DNA of 64,000 nt from Gnetum montanum (lineage: Eukaryota > Plantae > Gnetophyta). This document shows positions 12,070 to 23,874 of the stretch, piece after piece (the stretch's first letter is position 1; the number at the start of each line of letters is the position of its first letter). Under the pieces are notes generated by a model. It saw only the letters and a program-made list of their open reading frames with translations. It had not been told where the DNA came from and made no database searches. Location: positions 9,900 through 73,899 of the forward strand of contig MNCI01003375.1 in assembly GCA_015680685.1 (NCBI GenBank), written 5' to 3'. The position numbers were made by a program, and so were the translations under genes.

Positions 12070-12474
12070 CAAGCATGGAAGTAACATGGCCATGACTTTG
12101 ACATCAACACTAGTAAGGGCCCTGCAAAGCCAACGTGGAAAGTTGAAGATGTAATCTGGAAAGAGTGAAGCCAACATGGAAGGTGCACAAGAAATCCCTC
12201 ATCCCCATGCTCCCCCCCCCCCCTAATTACTATTTTTAATAAATGGAATGGCCATGGGGGTCTAACACTTTTCATATATGATAACACCCCTTGCCCCCTA
12301 GGAAGATTTTGGACACCAACCCCCATGAACATGGTAGAAATTTGCAGCAATTTGTAGCAAATTTATAGTCCAATCTATCTGCTATTTGTAGCAAATTTAC
12401 AACCCAAATTATGGCCAAAGACCTATAAAAATCAAACCCTCACACCATTTCAAGGTTCCACACACTTGGCAATT

Positions 12475-13276
12475 TGATGAGTGGCGAGGTGCCCCTACAC
12501 TCAACCATATGAATACAAGCGTAACACGCTTGATCTGGTCGAACTCCATAGACTAAGTGCCTACACGCCTCATGGAACAATTAAGGATAATCATTCGTTG
12601 TCTTCCCAGACTTACTTGTATTTGTCATGGTGTATGGTTAAGTAAGTCCGAGGTATATGATTTTTATAGTGTTTCTATTTTATCTCCTATGCTATTGAGG
12701 TGAAGGATTGAAGAGATAAATTACCTAACTCTAACTAACTAACTAAGTCTTAATTTACCTAGTGTCAGCATCCATTCCCACTTACCGTTCACACCCTAAA
12801 CCAATGCAACTGTGGTTACCAAATGCTAATCGTTGCTGGGATCAGCACGCGTAACGCACGTGCTCGAAGCGGTCATACTATGGCACTTAACTAGGAGAGA
12901 AGGGTTGAGAAATATTTAATTCCTAATAAAGCATTTAAATGGAAAATAATAAATAAAGTCCTAATTAGCCTATTCCATGCACTGCAAGGTTTATCCAGGA
13001 AGTTCATCTTTATTGCCATACCCAAACTTGTGTTCAGGTACAATGTTTGCTCGAACAAAGATCTGATCACTTTGGAGCTCCTACTGCAGGCACATGGAAA
13101 ATATTCTATCTCTGGAGTAATCAAGCTACTAGAGTTTCCCTATGGTCTAGGCCTAGATGGAAAACAAGGGAGAGCCGCCTCTTATTTGTAGATTTTGCGA
13201 TGCACTGTGATATCATGTGGGATGCGATATCGAGGCGGACGCGATATCACGTGGGATGCAATATCGCGTCCCATCA
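12475..13276 (-). repeat. 3' LTR (802 bp)
   Basis: Direct repeat of 18044-18827 (roughly 90% identical by eye); preceded on the minus strand by PPT ATGGGGGTA (13277-13285). Confidence 0.95.
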
Positions 13277-15104
13277 TACCCCCATTACTGAATGAAAACT
13301 CATCCTCGAGTTCCTTACAATAATATCGGGAAGGTATGGGATTATTGACTCAAAATAAAACTAATGGGATGACATGTAAATGGATCATCATTACAAGACA
13401 ACACAAAACTGGTGTTCATGACAACAGGAGTGAACATCTTATTACATTGACATCAGGCCTCATTTGGCAGCTAAGAAAGAGAGAGAGAAAGAAGGGTTGC
13501 TACTACCAACGCCAAGATTGTGCCTTTTGTTGTCCATCCATAAGCACACCATCGATCTTGCTCCTTGCATAGCTACTTCAACACTGCTCCATTCCAAGTG
13601 TTCCTTCCAAATCCAATCCGTTGTTGTATGATTACCATATGCACACACAACACAATCTTATATTAACAAGGGTAAATGAATTTCAATGTAGTTGATACCT
13701 TGCTTTGGTGAAAGGTTCATTGGCTGGGTTGTGGTATGGCTAATTGCGGATCTGGAGATATAATATTGGTGACTACCAAAGGTATAGGGGTTAGGAGAAA
13801 ATTGAAAAAATTGGGCCTTGTACCCCCATGACTAATTGCAAACCTCCGGTAGTGATAGAATGGAGAAAGAAAAAGAACAAGAAAGATGGAGAAAAAGAGA
13901 CAACTGTGACATCTATGGAATGGATGTCAAGATGGAAATGAACAAAATAAAATAGATTGCAAAAATGTTAGGGAAAATAATTTAACTAGTGCACCAAAGA
14001 GGAATGTCAGTGGGTCCTCCCCAAAGTAGGTTCATGCCCTTAATGCCCTGACAAACCCACATTCAAAGAGTTTGTAGGCTCTGGGAATGTCATTTGGAAC
14101 AAGAGTTAAAGTCTTAACCGCAAGAATTTACTGAAAAGAAAACAATGCACCCACCAAAATATATACACTAATGATACAACCGGCAATGAGGTGGACAATG
14201 GAGAGAAGGATGGAGAGAAGAGAACGGAATGGAATCCCAAGAACAAGGTGGTGTACAACCCCTTATGTGTTTCATGATTAATGTGACTTAGCAAATCTCA
14301 TTCCAACTCCTACCTCAAACAAACCACTTCTAGTGACTTCACATTAATACATTTGGCCAAACCATCTTTTGGAAGTAACAAGAATGCCTTCATCCAAGAG
14401 CCACTACCACTCCGACGAAACAAGGAGGAGAGAATGGGAAGTGAGAAGGGCCTTAGTTAGAGGAAACATTTTTATTTTAGTTCCATAACCAGTGATTGTA
14501 GCCCAAGTATTTATTTCATCTAAGGGGTGTGCTTTGAATTCACACATTTCTTTTTCTTTTCTCTTCTTTTTTCTTTTTTTTTGTTTTATGTGTTTATACG
14601 TGAGAACCACACCATGCAAAGACTTTGTTATTTTTATTTTCTTAGCTTCCCAATGATTGGGGTGATGTTGAAATGATAAGAAAACTCATGAAGAAAACAT
14701 CCAAGCACCCAAGAGAATGGCCAACACCAATGCATCGAGTTCCCTTGAAGTCACACCCTTTTCAATCCTTGAGTCCTTCCTTTGTTTGAGAAATGCCTAG
14801 TCACCGATTCATTAATAGTTCTTATTTAGAAGGGACTGTAGATTTCGAAGCCAAGAGAGACCATAGAAACTTGTGGATGAATGGATGAAGTGAACTCATT
14901 GCCTGCCATATCAAAAGAAACATACCTTAGTATCAACATCGTGACTTAAAGGTAAAAACCAAACATTAGCAATCAATATGAAAATAGTTCATACCATCAT
15001 GAAGAACACTTATTGGGTGACAAACTTACAAGGTGGATCACACGCACACATGCACAAAAAATGAAAAAGTATAACGATGATGTAAAAAAAAATAAGAAAA
15101 GTTA

Positions 15105-15390
15105 AAGGAATTTGTAAAACAAAAACAAGAAAAGTTATAGAAATTTGTAAAACAAAAATATGTAAGACAAAAACGTGTAAAACAAAAATGTGTAAAACAA
15201 AAACGTGTAAAAAAAATGTGTAAAACAAAAACATGGAAAACAAAAACTTGTAAAAAAAAATGTGTAAAACAAAAATGTGTAAAACAAAAATGTGAAAAAC
15301 AAAAATGCGTAAAACAAAAATGTGTAAAACAAAAACATGCAAAACAAAAATGTATAAAAAAAAATGTGTAAAACAAAAACATAAAAAGAA
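15105..15390. repeat. Tandem ~15-bp minisatellite (AAAACAAAAATGTGT)n in the 3' non-coding region
   Basis: Directly visible; the same array in opposite orientation emerges from the gap at 1040-1110. Confidence 0.9.
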
Positions 15391-15615
15391 TTGAGGACCC
15401 CAAATGATTAGCATATGTCCATCTCCCCCATGACTAAATGGAAAGGGAGAGATCCAAAATAATGAACGCCTGTTGGAATTTCTTAAAAGTGCCCAACTTA
15501 TCCCCACTGATGTTCTTAGATTAAGAGGTGGAAGTTGGTGACGCTCATATTCCAATGTGTTTATGCCTTCGTTGTTGGTGTGGGTTGTTTTCTCAGCTCG
15601 TTCCATGCATGTTTG

Positions 15616-17901
15616 TTAGTTGCTCTTTCTAGTAGTTTTCAACCACGAGGTGTCTACTACTTGTTCTGTGGTTTCTACATACAAGCATCTTTGTTTCAAA
15701 GTTTCAAAGGCACACCTGTTGCATGGAGGAGATGTTGTGCATTCCTCCATGTCATCACCCAATGAATCACTGTATTTGATGCATGGAACTTTCCTCTTCT
15801 CAATCTTTCCATAAATGTTTACCTCAGAAATTTTCAAGGAAAGATCACAAATTCCTAGGCATGCATCTACTGTACTTAGCCATGCCCTTCCCATTATAAT
15901 TGAGGAGTCCCCTGTGTTGTTGTTGACTTTAATCACTAGGAAATCAGTTGGGTAGGACCAACCACACACAATGGTAACAATGTCCTTCACCAATCCCAAG
16001 GGAATGGTGATGGACTAGTTTGCTAGCTCTAGTTTAATGTTGCTCTTCTTAAGTTGGGGTAGGTTCCAGGCTTGATACATTTCTCATGAAATTAAGTTGA
16101 CTCCGAAACTTGAGTCAAGAAGAGCCCTATGTGGTTCATTTCCGATAACTTGGAGGTAGATTAAGGAACTTTTAGGATCAGTTAGTTTCCTGGGAAGGTG
16201 GCCTACCTTAATCCAGTCGGTTATGGTATGTGTTAACATACCATATACGTTAAGCTCTGTTGTTGGATGGAAGGAAGCTGCAAAGCCTTGTGTGTTGGAG
16301 AAGTGATCACAGATGCAACTACTCATTGTTGTGAGAGCTTGTTTGGGCTTTTGGTTCTGAAGAAATGTCTTCTCTTTTTACGATTTTCAGAACCAATAGT
16401 AGGTTGAATGATTACGGCTCTCGTAGCATTTCATTACTGTGGTTGAGTGGGGAGTTCCCCTTGCATTGTTGGAGCAGGAGGTATGGGAACTATAGGTGGA
16501 AGAGGTGAGGATGGATTAGGAGGATGGTATGGGTATGGAGTATCTCTTAGAGGAGAAGGAGTCCTTCTAAAGTACTCCCGAACTTGGTAGTGACGTTGGG
16601 GAGTTGTGTGACCCATGGAGTCACTTGGAGAAATCGGCTACTACATGTAGTAACCATAAGGATCGGGCTACTGGTAAGGGTATTATTGTTTCGGTAGTGG
16701 CATCCCTCATGACTGTGGGTGTTGCCACTGCTGATGTCGTCCGATGGGTTGTGGTGGAGTTCCACTTGGATAGTACGTCAAGGGTTGATGGAATTGCCTT
16801 GGGTTACCTTGGGGATAAGGTAACCTCTAGGGTGTTTTCCATTTGTTGAGTCTTAGGTTAAGTGCATACATCCCAGACTCTTGTAGATGTGAGATGATTG
16901 GACAACATCCCTTAGGATGGTCATAGTAGCAGATCTCACATCCACCGTCATCGTCTATATCTGAATTCACAACCTCATCGAAGATGTTCATTTTCCCCTT
17001 ACCCTTGTCATGTGCAAGGCCTGAATCTCTCCACTTTTTCTTGTCCTTGTCACTACTTCGTTCCTCCTTAGACTCTTTTACAATTTTCAGGATAGTTTCA
17101 ATTTTACTGTCTAAGGAGCTCCATACTTCTTCTACCTTAGCCGGTACTTCTGTTGTTAGCTTTTGAGGTGGCAAGGTTTTCCTATTCACCAACTCTTTGA
17201 TTGGTGACTCATCCTCTTCATCGCAAAATCTCACTTCCTTCTTTCGAAGAGAGGGATCATGGTTATATTCTTCCACACTTTCCCTTTTTCATAGCTCCCC
17301 TTCTTCTTTGGCTACTTGTTCCAACAATCGATGAATCTCATGGAACCTCAGTTCTGATAATCTCCCTTGGGCATAAGTCCCAAGGGTTCTCCTAGTTTCA
17401 TACCTTAGCCCATCTATGAGATGGTGAAGTTGATCCTGTTGTGCATAACCATGGCCTAGGCAATGATGTAACAATGCGTAGTAGCAGCCCATGGCAGCAT
17501 CCAAGGGCTCATGAATACCTTGCTTCCATCCTTGGATCTACTTATGCAAATTAGATACTCTGGAGTACATCTGATACTTATCGTTGAAGAGTTCTAACAT
17601 CGTACTCCACCTCCTGATGGTTTCTGGTTCTAAGGACCAGTACCAACTCTCTGCTTCCTTAATGAGTGTCCTGGGAAATAACTTTAGTTTCTGCCACTCG
17701 TTTTCTATGTTTTGCAAGGCGCAGGCATCGTGGAATGCCTGTAAATGATTTTGCAGATCTGCATTGTATCCCCCTTCAAATCGTGGGATGCTGTTCATGT
17801 CTAAGTGTTTGATCTGACTATCTTTTAAGTGCCTTGTTGGGATTCTCACTACCTCCATTATCCCTAGGTGAAGTGCTCTTGTGAGAAGAAGACGAAGACA
17901 T
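15616..17901 (-). pseudogene. gag-aspartic protease pseudogene
   Basis: IPRFEGGYNADLQNHLQAFHDAC, KLKLFPRTLIKEAESWYWSL (retrotransposon gag); CEICYYDHPKGCC (zinc-knuckle-like); RALLDSSFGVNLI and DFLVIKV..IIMGRAWL (protease); in-frame stops. Confidence 0.92.
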
Positions 17902-18024
17902 GATGTCTTATTGGTGTGCTAATTGATCGTTATAAAATTTTATTTTAATTAACCCTAAGGGTTCGTTTAAGCTCCCAACAATGTGAGTAATATCCTATGT
18001 TCTATTTAGCACATAAACACTTAG

Positions 18025-18042
18025 TCCCCGGCAATGGCGCCA
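18025..18042 (-). promoter_or_regulatory. Primer-binding site, tRNA-Asp type (TGGCGCCATTGCCGGGGA)
   Basis: One mismatch to the canonical Athila PBS TGGCGCCGTTGCCGGGGA; 1 nt from the LTR end. Confidence 0.92.
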
Positions 18043-18043
18043 A

Positions 18044-18827
18044 TGATGAGTGGCGAGGTACCCCTACACTCAACCATACAAATACGAGTGTAACACACAC
18101 GATCTGGTCGAACTCCATAGACTAAGTGCCTAGACGCCTCATGGAAAACTTAAGGTTAATCATTCATTGTCTTCCCAGACTTACTTGTATTTTTCACGAT
18201 GTATGGTTAAGTAAGTCTGAGGTATATGATTTTTATATCTTTTCTATTTTATCTCCTAGGCTAACGTGGTGAAGGGTGAAGAGATTAATTACCTAACTCT
18301 AACTAACTAACTAAGTCTTAATTAACCTAGCATCAGCATCTGTTCCCACTTACCGTTCACACCCTGAACTAATGCAACCATGGTTACCAAATGCTAATCA
18401 TTGCTGGGATCAGCACGCGTAACGCACTTGCTCGAAGCGGTCATGTTGAGGCACTTAACTAGGAGAGAAGGGTTGAGAAAGATTTAATTCCTAATAAAGA
18501 ATTTAAATGGAAAATAATAAATAAATTCCTAATTAGCCTATTCCATGCACTGCAAGGTTTATCCAGGAAGTTCATCTTTACTGCCGTACACAAACTTGTA
18601 TTCAAGTACAATGTTTGCTCAAATAAAGATCCGTTCACTTTGGAGCTCCTACTGCAGGCACATGGAAAATATTCTATCTCTGGAGTGATCAAACTACTAG
18701 AGTTTCCCTACCGTCTAGGCCTCAATGGAAAACAAGGGAGAGCCGCCTCTTATTTATAGATTTTGTGGCGTACCACAATATCGCAATGGACACAATATCG
18801 CGGCCCATGCGATATCACGTCCCATCA
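18044..18827 (-). repeat. 5' LTR (784 bp)
   Basis: Direct repeat of 12475-13276; followed on the minus strand by the PBS. Confidence 0.95.
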
Positions 18828-19495
18828 CAATTGCACATACTTTGCATTTTGAGAATTTTTTATTTTTGGCATCCATGAGATCTTACTTTCTAGTAGAAAT
18901 GCTGCTTCTTAGGGCCTACTAGTGTAGAAGCATTATAGCCCTATTACCTCTATTACTTGTCCCTCTTTGAGATTTGTGAGCCTAGATTATCAACGTTATC
19001 GCATGGGTTCCCCAAATCTTAGCATTAAGCATCTTGGCTACACTAATCCTTCATGTTTTTCAACCCTAGTAGTGATCAACATTGCAAATCTTGAATGGCA
19101 ACAAAGAAGGTCCAAAAACATTGGGAGTGGTTGAGCATCTAGATCATGGAGTAGATTCTATCTTCTTCAACGGAGTTGGAACCCCCACCCAAGTGAACCT
19201 CCCTTTTGCTCTCCACTTTTGTACACATGTCCAAACTTGTTCTTTATTTAATTAATAAAGTTTATAATTTCATTTTTTGTGAAATTTTTATTCATTTTGG
19301 TTTTTAAATTTGCAATTTTTACATTTTTTATAACCTTATTTTGCATCCCCCTAAGTCCCTGGATGTTCTACCAAACCATCTAAGGCACCTTGAATTCCAT
19401 TTTTCTCAAAGGCCCTAGGGAGTCAAGGTTGAGATTGTTCATGGTTGAGAATCCTTAACTTTCCATTGGTCAAGATTTTCCATTGCAACAATCAT

Positions 19496-20064
19496 ATTAC
19501 TCTTAGGCTAATGGACAAGCTGATGCAAGTAATAAGGCCATCATCAACTTACTCAAGAAGATGCCAAACAACAATAAACACAAGTGACATGAGTGGCTTG
19601 TCCATACACTTTGGGCCTATCAAACAACATTTCAAATGACAATTGATGTAACCCCATATAGCCTATTTTGTGGTTTTAAAGTTGTTTTACCTCTTGAATT
19701 GTTGGTTTCATTGCTTCGAGTAGCTTTATCAAACTTCATCAATGATGAACAAAATGAGGAGCTGCGTACCATGGACCTAGACTTGATGGAGAAGCAATGG
19801 GTGCAAATGCTTGCTCATGTCGAGTGGTACTAGGAGAGATAGAAATGAAAAAATTATCATAACCTAAATAAGAAAAAGATCATGGAAGGACACTTGGTCC
19901 TCAAAGCTATTCATGAGCATGTAGACAAATTCGTAGCCAACTAGGAAGGGCCTTTTTTGATCACTAATGCCTACAGGAATAGAGCCTTTAGGATCACGGA
20001 TGTGGATGGGAATGAGCTAGCCAATTTGGTCAATCATTCCTATCTAAATCCATACTACATGTAA
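19496..20064 (+). pseudogene. Tat pol pseudogene, 3' part (integrase C-terminus), resumed after the solo LTR
   Basis: ..ANGQADA.NKAII, TPYSLFCGFKVVLPLEL, EGPFLI; the junction is colinear with the uninterrupted element B near 51400-51460. Confidence 0.9.
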
Positions 20065-21349
20065 CTAATAAAGACCAAAAATCAACATTGATAACCAATA
20101 ATAAGCAAGCTTGCATGACCTTTTTTTGCACAACAAATGAACTATGGAATTTTGTAACACTGGTGACTTGTGGATAGCCTAGTTTGTTGATTATCTTGTA
20201 TGGCCTTATGCATTGTATTGTAACAACATGACTTTTTGGTTTGGTTTTCTTGTTCTCTTGGAGTTGTGCTTGTAGGATGAAGCTTGAAGTCATCATGGAG
20301 GTGAAACTCATTACAATAGCAAGTCATCATGTGAACTAAATGCACAACATTTGATGAGTATGTCTTGTTGTACCAAGAGTGCTTGTTCCACATCATTATC
20401 ATTACCACTCCTTGAGCCAAACCCTATAGCCTATTTATAACATTCCTCACCCTAAATAATAGTGATGACCAATTTTTGACATTCATGATTTATGACCATA
20501 TGACATCCCTTCGCCATGCTCCACCATTAAGTCCATCAAGTGTAACACATCTCATTTGATGGAAAAACCAAATCAAAACTAGCCTTGATAATGAAGCCTA
20601 ATGAAGGTTTCACCCCAACAATAAAAAATGGGAAAGAAAATTACCAAGAAGGAAAATGACCAATGAGAACCAAAAGAAATAACCCAATAGCTTCAAACAT
20701 GTAAAGGGAGGATCCTAATAGTCAAAGAAGCCTTGAAGCAAAATGTTGGTTTCTCAAATGCATTGCTAAGTAACCAACATTTCAAAGGATGAAGGTCCAA
20801 GACCACATTGATTAAACAAAGTGTCATACCATAATTATAACCCTGATTTCAACATTTGAAATTCATTGTTAGCTCTCAAGACCATCTCTTTGTAGCTAAA
20901 TACTACCTTTACCTTTTGTGACCTCATCATAATCTTATCCCAAGCACTCTTTGGTATGGTTCAACACTACTAGATCAAGCGCGAAGAGGGAACATTGGGA
21001 TGGACTTGCAATGGTGTTTTTGTATTCTTTGTCGATGTCTCTCAAGTCAATTCTCCAAACATCAACAAAGAGGTCAATGAAACACTACCAAAATTTTATG
21101 TTACAAATTATAACATTTATCTTCGAAATTGAGGCAAGACTTTATTGTAAATGTAAGATTTGTAGTCCAATGAGCTACAATCTTGCATACTTTGACTTTT
21201 GGGGTTGAAAAATGCCTCAAAAGTTGTTATTGACTCACTTCCCAAGTAGAAAAAGGTGAATGCCTTGGAAATGGCCAAAATTAGCATTTTCATGGGTTTT
21301 TGTAGGGGTATAGCATCAACTACACTAGAACCTATTGGCACATTTAGGC

Positions 21350-21760
21350 CATTTAATGGAGGAGGGTTTATGAACGAAAAGGGATTCTATTTATCGTCTG
21401 TTCTATGTTGGTTTAAGAGAGAGATGATCTAACTATAGCATCCAAACATTTTGCATTAAATTTTTGAAACAATGTATTATGGAAAATTTAGAAGCAAACA
21501 TGCAACTTTAAGGGTATGGGTCGATGAGTGTTTGGGAGAAGTTTCAACAATTAATTTGTGACAAGTGAAAATATTTTTATATTACCAACACATAGTTTGG
21601 GAGGGTTGATGAATGAACAAAAGCCTATCTTCTTTCAAGTGAAAATGCTTATGTTCAAACCCATACCTTCCAAGTTGAGAAACAAACACCTTCCCATCAC
21701 TCTAAGTGGTGGTTCTTTGTAAAAATCGTTCAGTAAAAAGTGGAAACATGTGTGCCATCA
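21350..21760 (+). pseudogene. Possible highly decayed Ty3/gypsy gag fragment
   Basis: Manual translation across frameshifts gives ..IASKHF..LWK..SVWEKFQQLI..KYF..NAYVQ..WWFFVK, which weakly resembles retrotransposon gag. Confidence 0.3.
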
Positions 21761-23874
21761 TTTCTTGAAGAGTATTCTTTTTTCCCCTTTAATAAAATTC
21801 AATAGGGTTCTTGCCCTAAAAAATTGCCTACTATGTAAGTGGCTTATATGTACTACAAGCCTTCTAGTCACTCATTTTGCTAAAGAGATAGTAGCAACCA
21901 AGGGGATATTTCCTTCGTTTAGGATTGAATAAAAAGTTAAAAGAATTGGTGCCATTTAAATTCCCTATCATTATAGATTTATTGAAAAGAGAAGAGGGCA
22001 ACATTGAATCCTCTCCTATGACTTGAAACTATTTAACATTTTCAAGAAATTCCACAGTAGACAAAAGACAAATAGCCATAATAGTGTCTCATAGCATGGA
22101 CCTTTGGTAGAATTACTCAAGTACAACATAATGGAATGGTAACTCAATTAGCATGCATTAGGTGAGCTATGCATCACTAACAATACTGATCATGGTTGAG
22201 CTATGAGGTTATCATCATACCTGAAATTGGCAATGTGAGAAATTTGTTGGTGTTGTTCTTTAATTACTAGGATCCAGTAATTTCAATTTCAAATTGCTAA
22301 CATCAATGATCTTGAATTCAAAAATTCATTGAAAACAAACTATCAAGCCACCAAAATTTCCTAGAATACTTGCCACTATAATACAGTGGAGCCATGATCG
22401 AGACACTAGCCAACGATTGCCATGTTATGCAGCTGGGGTTTTGAAGAAAGTTGCTGTTATGCGGGAGATTGCCATGTTCAATGACAAAGAAACAGTACTA
22501 CCCCCCATGGCACCATGAATTGTACATGCCTCCTTACAAGGCATATTACTACCCACTTAGATGGTTTCCTCTTTTTGCATGAAGAAAGGTTATTTGAAAA
22601 ATTTAATTAAAAGAAAAAGCCTATTCATTAGCTTGGAAGACTGGCCTTCCCAAGATGGGGAATTGAAAATTGTTACGACTAGTTAATTCTTGTAGTTGTA
22701 AATTTGTTATGAATGTTCATTTTATTTACCCTCTTATTTCATAATAAAAAATAATATATATTATTATGGGACACTTGTTCAAAGTTTCATATGAATTGAA
22801 CACTTGCTAACTATGGCTTGAATTTCTCTTGTAATTTCCCATGGAAGTTGTAACTTATGGTGGATATGAATAAACTCCCTAGATATTTGTAACCCACCTC
22901 AACTTCTCATGATGATTGTCATTACTCTAAAGTAACTACAAAAAGGTAGGGTAGAATTTAGNAATATACTTTGAAGAATGTTGAGGATTATAAAAGCATG
23001 GATTGTTGAAGACATCAATTCGGCTGCTTTTTTTTAATCTTGTGAGTTCTTTTCTTCTCATTTTGTTTTAGTTGCCTAACTAATAGTATAAATAGTATTG
23101 TTCTTGGCATTTAATTTTGCAATTTTCTAGATTATTCTTATAGCATTGTTTTTGCACAATATTAGACTTCTATTAGGTTTTCCATATAAGAGCTTATGTT
23201 GTCTTAGAAAAGCATCTTGAGAAATTTAATAGTAATGTCTTATACAAATCACATGTTTGAGTCTAGAGGATCTAGAAAATCTTTGATACTTTGATTTGCT
23301 TAAAATAGCTTCATTTTATTTAAAGTTTATTGTCTTGGAATTTCAATCTTGAAATTGTCAAATTTTTTTGTTGGTTCTAGTGTTTGTAATTCTTGACAAA
23401 TGTTAACTAGCCAAAAAAAAGCTTGTACTTGTTGTTTACAAAGTGTTTTGGTAGTGTAATAAGATTGTCTTTTACAAAATTGCTTATTGAGCTCAGAGGG
23501 TTTGGAAAAATTTTTATACTTAGATTAAATTGGAATAACTTATTGTGAGGTGTTTCATCATGTTCAATTTATCACACAAATCTACTTTCTTTTCTATTCT
23601 CTTTCTAAATCCTTTAAATCTCACTCTATTTCTAGTTTTCTTGTGGAATTTTCTCTCCAAGGGAAAGTAGAAGTAGATTGGAAGAATTGTGCTTAAGCAT
23701 TTTTATGAAATTTTGTGTGTTTCAAGTAGCATACAATGGGGACTATATAGACTAAGTAATTTGAAAAAATATAAATATTTAATAACTCATAGTATTTTAT
23801 AAAGCTAGTGGAATTTATTTTATGATAGCTAGTTATAGTTTTATACATAAACCCAAGCATTTTAACATTTACAA

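Larger units (their letters stand above)
12475..18827 (-). mobile_element. Structurally complete non-autonomous Athila-type LTR retrotransposon (6353 bp; gag and protease only)
   Basis: Two TG...CA LTRs; perfect TSD CAATT (12470-12474 and 18828-18832); tRNA-Asp-type PBS; PPT; gag and PR remnants but no RT/RH/INT motifs. Confidence 0.95.
11512..19490 (+). mobile_element. Solo LTR (~1.6 kb net: 11512-12474 plus 18833-19490) of the Tat B family, inserted in the integrase of element A
   Basis: TGAAACAC...TGCAACA termini; TSD ACCAT (11507-11511) / ATCAT (19491-19495); the 5' part matches the LTR that follows the PPT of element B (50604 leftward). Confidence 0.88.
3861..20130 (+). mobile_element. 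Degenerate Tat-lineage Ty3/gypsy element A (5' end cut by the Athila insertion; interrupted by nested insertions; right end approximate)
   Basis: RT-RH-aRH-INT order in 8603-20064; colinear homology with element B (50858-54300, -) extends into the T-rich upstream region. Confidence 0.85.

Noticed and set aside
11952-12350. Gly-rich 132-aa ORF
   Set aside because: Translation of the poly-C tract inside an LTR.
2871-13276. Large terminal inverted repeats (2871-3860 versus 12475-13276) defining a DNA transposon
   Set aside because: They are LTRs of two independent insertions in opposite orientation, each with its own PPT.
15010-15606. Hydrophobic 198-aa ORF as an env-like or membrane protein
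   Set aside because: The FVLHI repeats are the translation of a stop-free 15-bp minisatellite, open in all three frames.
18025-18042. tRNA-Asp gene
   Set aside because: Only the 18-nt 3'-end complement is present next to an LTR; it is a PBS.
8603-18827. Gag-PR-only Athila and pol-only Tat elements acting as a complementary two-component system
   Set aside because: They belong to different lineages with unrelated LTR termini, and a pol-containing Athila relative exists at 31304-37690. Proximity is explained by nesting, and Tat gag may simply lie outside the preserved parts.
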